A stretch of 62,967 nucleotides of DNA, the filler included, from Globobulimina sp. (Eukaryota), in assembly GCA_003354225.1 (NCBI GenBank). It is 31 parts of 31 records of this genome, joined end to end, with 100 filler letters (N's around TTAATTAATTAA, not from the genome) between each part and the next. Parts side by side here need not be neighbours in the genome. Positions count along the whole stretch, not along the records: positions 61,035 to 62,967 come from PIVH01010449.1; 30 more parts are not named here. The stretch is one strand, 5' to 3'. Shown here piece by piece: positions 61,035 through 62,967 of the stretch. Every line of letters starts with the position of its first letter. The first letter of the stretch is position 1. The translations under genes were made by a program, and so were the position numbers. Under the pieces are notes generated by a model. That model was not told the DNA's origin and searched no databases. It worked only from the letters and a program-made list of their open reading frames with translations.

Positions 61035-62967
61035 GAATTAGAGAAAAATTTCCAAGTTTATGTAGGTATGATGGGCATCTGATACTTTGTATTGATTTGT
61101 GTTGAATGTGTTTTGCTTTGATCAGGTATTGATTTCGGAACAGATGGAACGGGCTTAGCCTATGCTCTTCCAACCGGAGAAGTATTTGTTCACCAAAAAT
61201 GGAAAGGTTATAAACGATCCGTCGAAGTAAAACCAAAAACACGAATATTACTAGATAAAGAAGGTAATTTTTTAGCTTTTGGACAACCAGCGACCAACTC
61301 CTACATTACTATGGGAGGAGAAAAAACGGGTTGGATGCTCTTCGAACGATTTAAGATGGCATTGTATGGTATGTTATTTCTATTATATTATCCTTGCGCA
61401 CCATACACACAATACACACATCATACTCATCATTCTTTGTAGAACAAGAGCAAGAACAACAAAAACAAAAACAACAATCACAAGACCAAGACCAAGACCA
61501 AGCTAATAATAACAATGATGACAATGACAACAAACAAACAGATCTTTGTGATTTATTAACTGCGGTGAATGGTACACAGTTCTCTTCTGATCGTGTATTT
61601 ATTGAAGCATTAAAATATATAAAATCGCAAGTTTTTAAATTTTTTACAAAAAATAAATTACAAATTGACAATATTGATGATATTCAATGGATTTTGACAG
61701 TGTGTAATACGTAATGTGTGTTCCATTGTATTGCATTGTATTATATTTTATTATTGATTTAGGTGCCAGCCATTTGGAGTGAAAAAGCAAAGTATAAAAT
61801 GGAGCAATGGGCGCAAAAGGCCGGTTTAATTAATAAACAAATCCCAAATCATTTAAAAATTGTTTATGAACCTGACTGTGCTTCGCTGTCCATTCAATAC
61901 GAAATACAAAAATTAAAAGAAAAGAAAGAGAAAAATAAATTATCCTCTTTATCAGTCAGCAATCTCCACTCCAATCACAAACAAGAAGATAAACAAGAAA
62001 ATAAACAAGAAAATAAACAGGAAAACAAACAAGAAAATAAACAGGAAAATGAGGAAAATAAAGAAGCAAATGATGAGGACAATGATGAGGACAATAAAGT
62101 TGATGGAGAAACTGAGGACAACATTGAAGAGAATGAGGAAAATGTAGCAAACGATGCTGCTGAAAATAAGGAAAACGGTGAAAATGTAAAAAAGGCAGAG
62201 GTAGAAAAGGAGAATGAAGAGAAAGACGTGGAGTCGTCGCGGTCGTCAGAGAGAGAGGAGATGTCTTCGCATTGGTTGCGTGGCGAGAAATATATATTGA
62301 TAGATGCCGGCGGCGGAACGTGCGATGTGGCCTGTCATGAGATTTTGGGTGATTTCGCCGTTCAAGAAATCGTTCATCCGACGGGAGGGCCGTGGGGCTC
62401 CACCTATATCGATGACTGTTTCATTAAATTATTATACAAAATATTTGACAAAGAATGGGTTTCTGAATTTCAAAAAGAAGATCCCGCCGCCTACACTGAA
62501 TTAATTGACAATTTTCGTGTCGCAAAACAAGAGTTTTGGAAATGTGAAAATAATCAAGAATGGCCTTTAATGAGTAATATGATTTCAGAGAGCAAAAAAA
62601 TAGAATTAATGCGTGACAAATGGCATAATGTTCAGTTACCATTTGATTTTTGTACTTTTTTGGAAGAGAAAGTGGAAGAAATGAAAGAAGAAATATCGAA
62701 TTGTGATTTGGAAACATTGGTAGAAGAGACTCAAATAATTGATGGTGTCGACCCTAAAGATACTAAATTAGCCATATTAGAGGACGAATATTTGCGATTA
62801 AATTATTTTGTATGGACGCATGAATTATTTGATTTAATAATATCTCCCATATTATTACATTGCGAATACTTATTAAACTCAACGATAATGAAGAACAACA
62901 CAAATTATATTTGTTTAGTTGGCGGCTTAGGCTCAAGCAAATATTTACAATATAGAAGAACAAAAAA
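61035..62967 (+). CDS. HSPA12-like atypical Hsp70, partial, introns 61066-61125, 61369-61442 and 61700-61762
   Basis: YV|GIDFGTDG, FERFKMALY, WILT|VPAIWSEKAK, YEPDCAS, LIDAGGGTCD, GGPWGSTYID, LVGGLG. The last exon is open to the window end and therefore missing from the ORF track. Confidence 0.92.

Noticed and set aside
1-62967. Gene clusters or operons spanning spacers (e.g. ACAD + reductase + acyl-CoA synthetase as a lipid cluster)
   Set aside because: The genes lie on different, arbitrarily ordered contigs.
1-62967. tRNA or rRNA genes
   Set aside because: None recognised by eye; tRNAscan-SE or Infernal would be needed to exclude them.

Overview
This window is not contiguous DNA. It is a pseudo-scaffold of 31 unrelated contigs (1936 down to 1933 bp, sorted by length) joined by 30 artificial 100-bp spacers (N44-TTAATTAATTAA-N44), so only neighbours within a contig are meaningful. 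The DNA is AT-rich and eukaryotic, with short GT-AG introns (about 50-250 bp) and the standard genetic code. The family mix (MATH, kelch, TLDc, HSPA12, 7TM and 7TM-RGS, Cys-rich repeat surface protein, many pseudogenes) suggests a foraminiferan or other rhizarian; this is an inference. Most genes are partial. Recognisable products include PhoD, SCO1-like, lipin, ubiquilin, ACAD10/11-like, ZIP transporter, rhomboid, sacsin-RING, HSPA12, EF-hand, ankyrin and F-box/LRR proteins, a LINE-type reverse transcriptase and an IS3EU-type transposase. The most interesting items are: (1) a tandem pair of bacterial-type O2/NO-handling genes, a hemerythrin and an Lcp/MpaB-type heme oxygenase, both with mitochondrial-like presequences; (2) an intron-containing IS3EU-like transposase next to an OTU-like/PHD ORF; (3) a recurring F-box/SOCS-like helical motif on three unrelated adaptor proteins; (4) a Gly/Asp-rich beta-solenoid repeat protein; (5) a STAT-type SH2 protein; and (6) a non-coding contig made of nested direct and inverted repeats with a long hairpin. 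All assignments come from reading motifs by eye; no searches were run.
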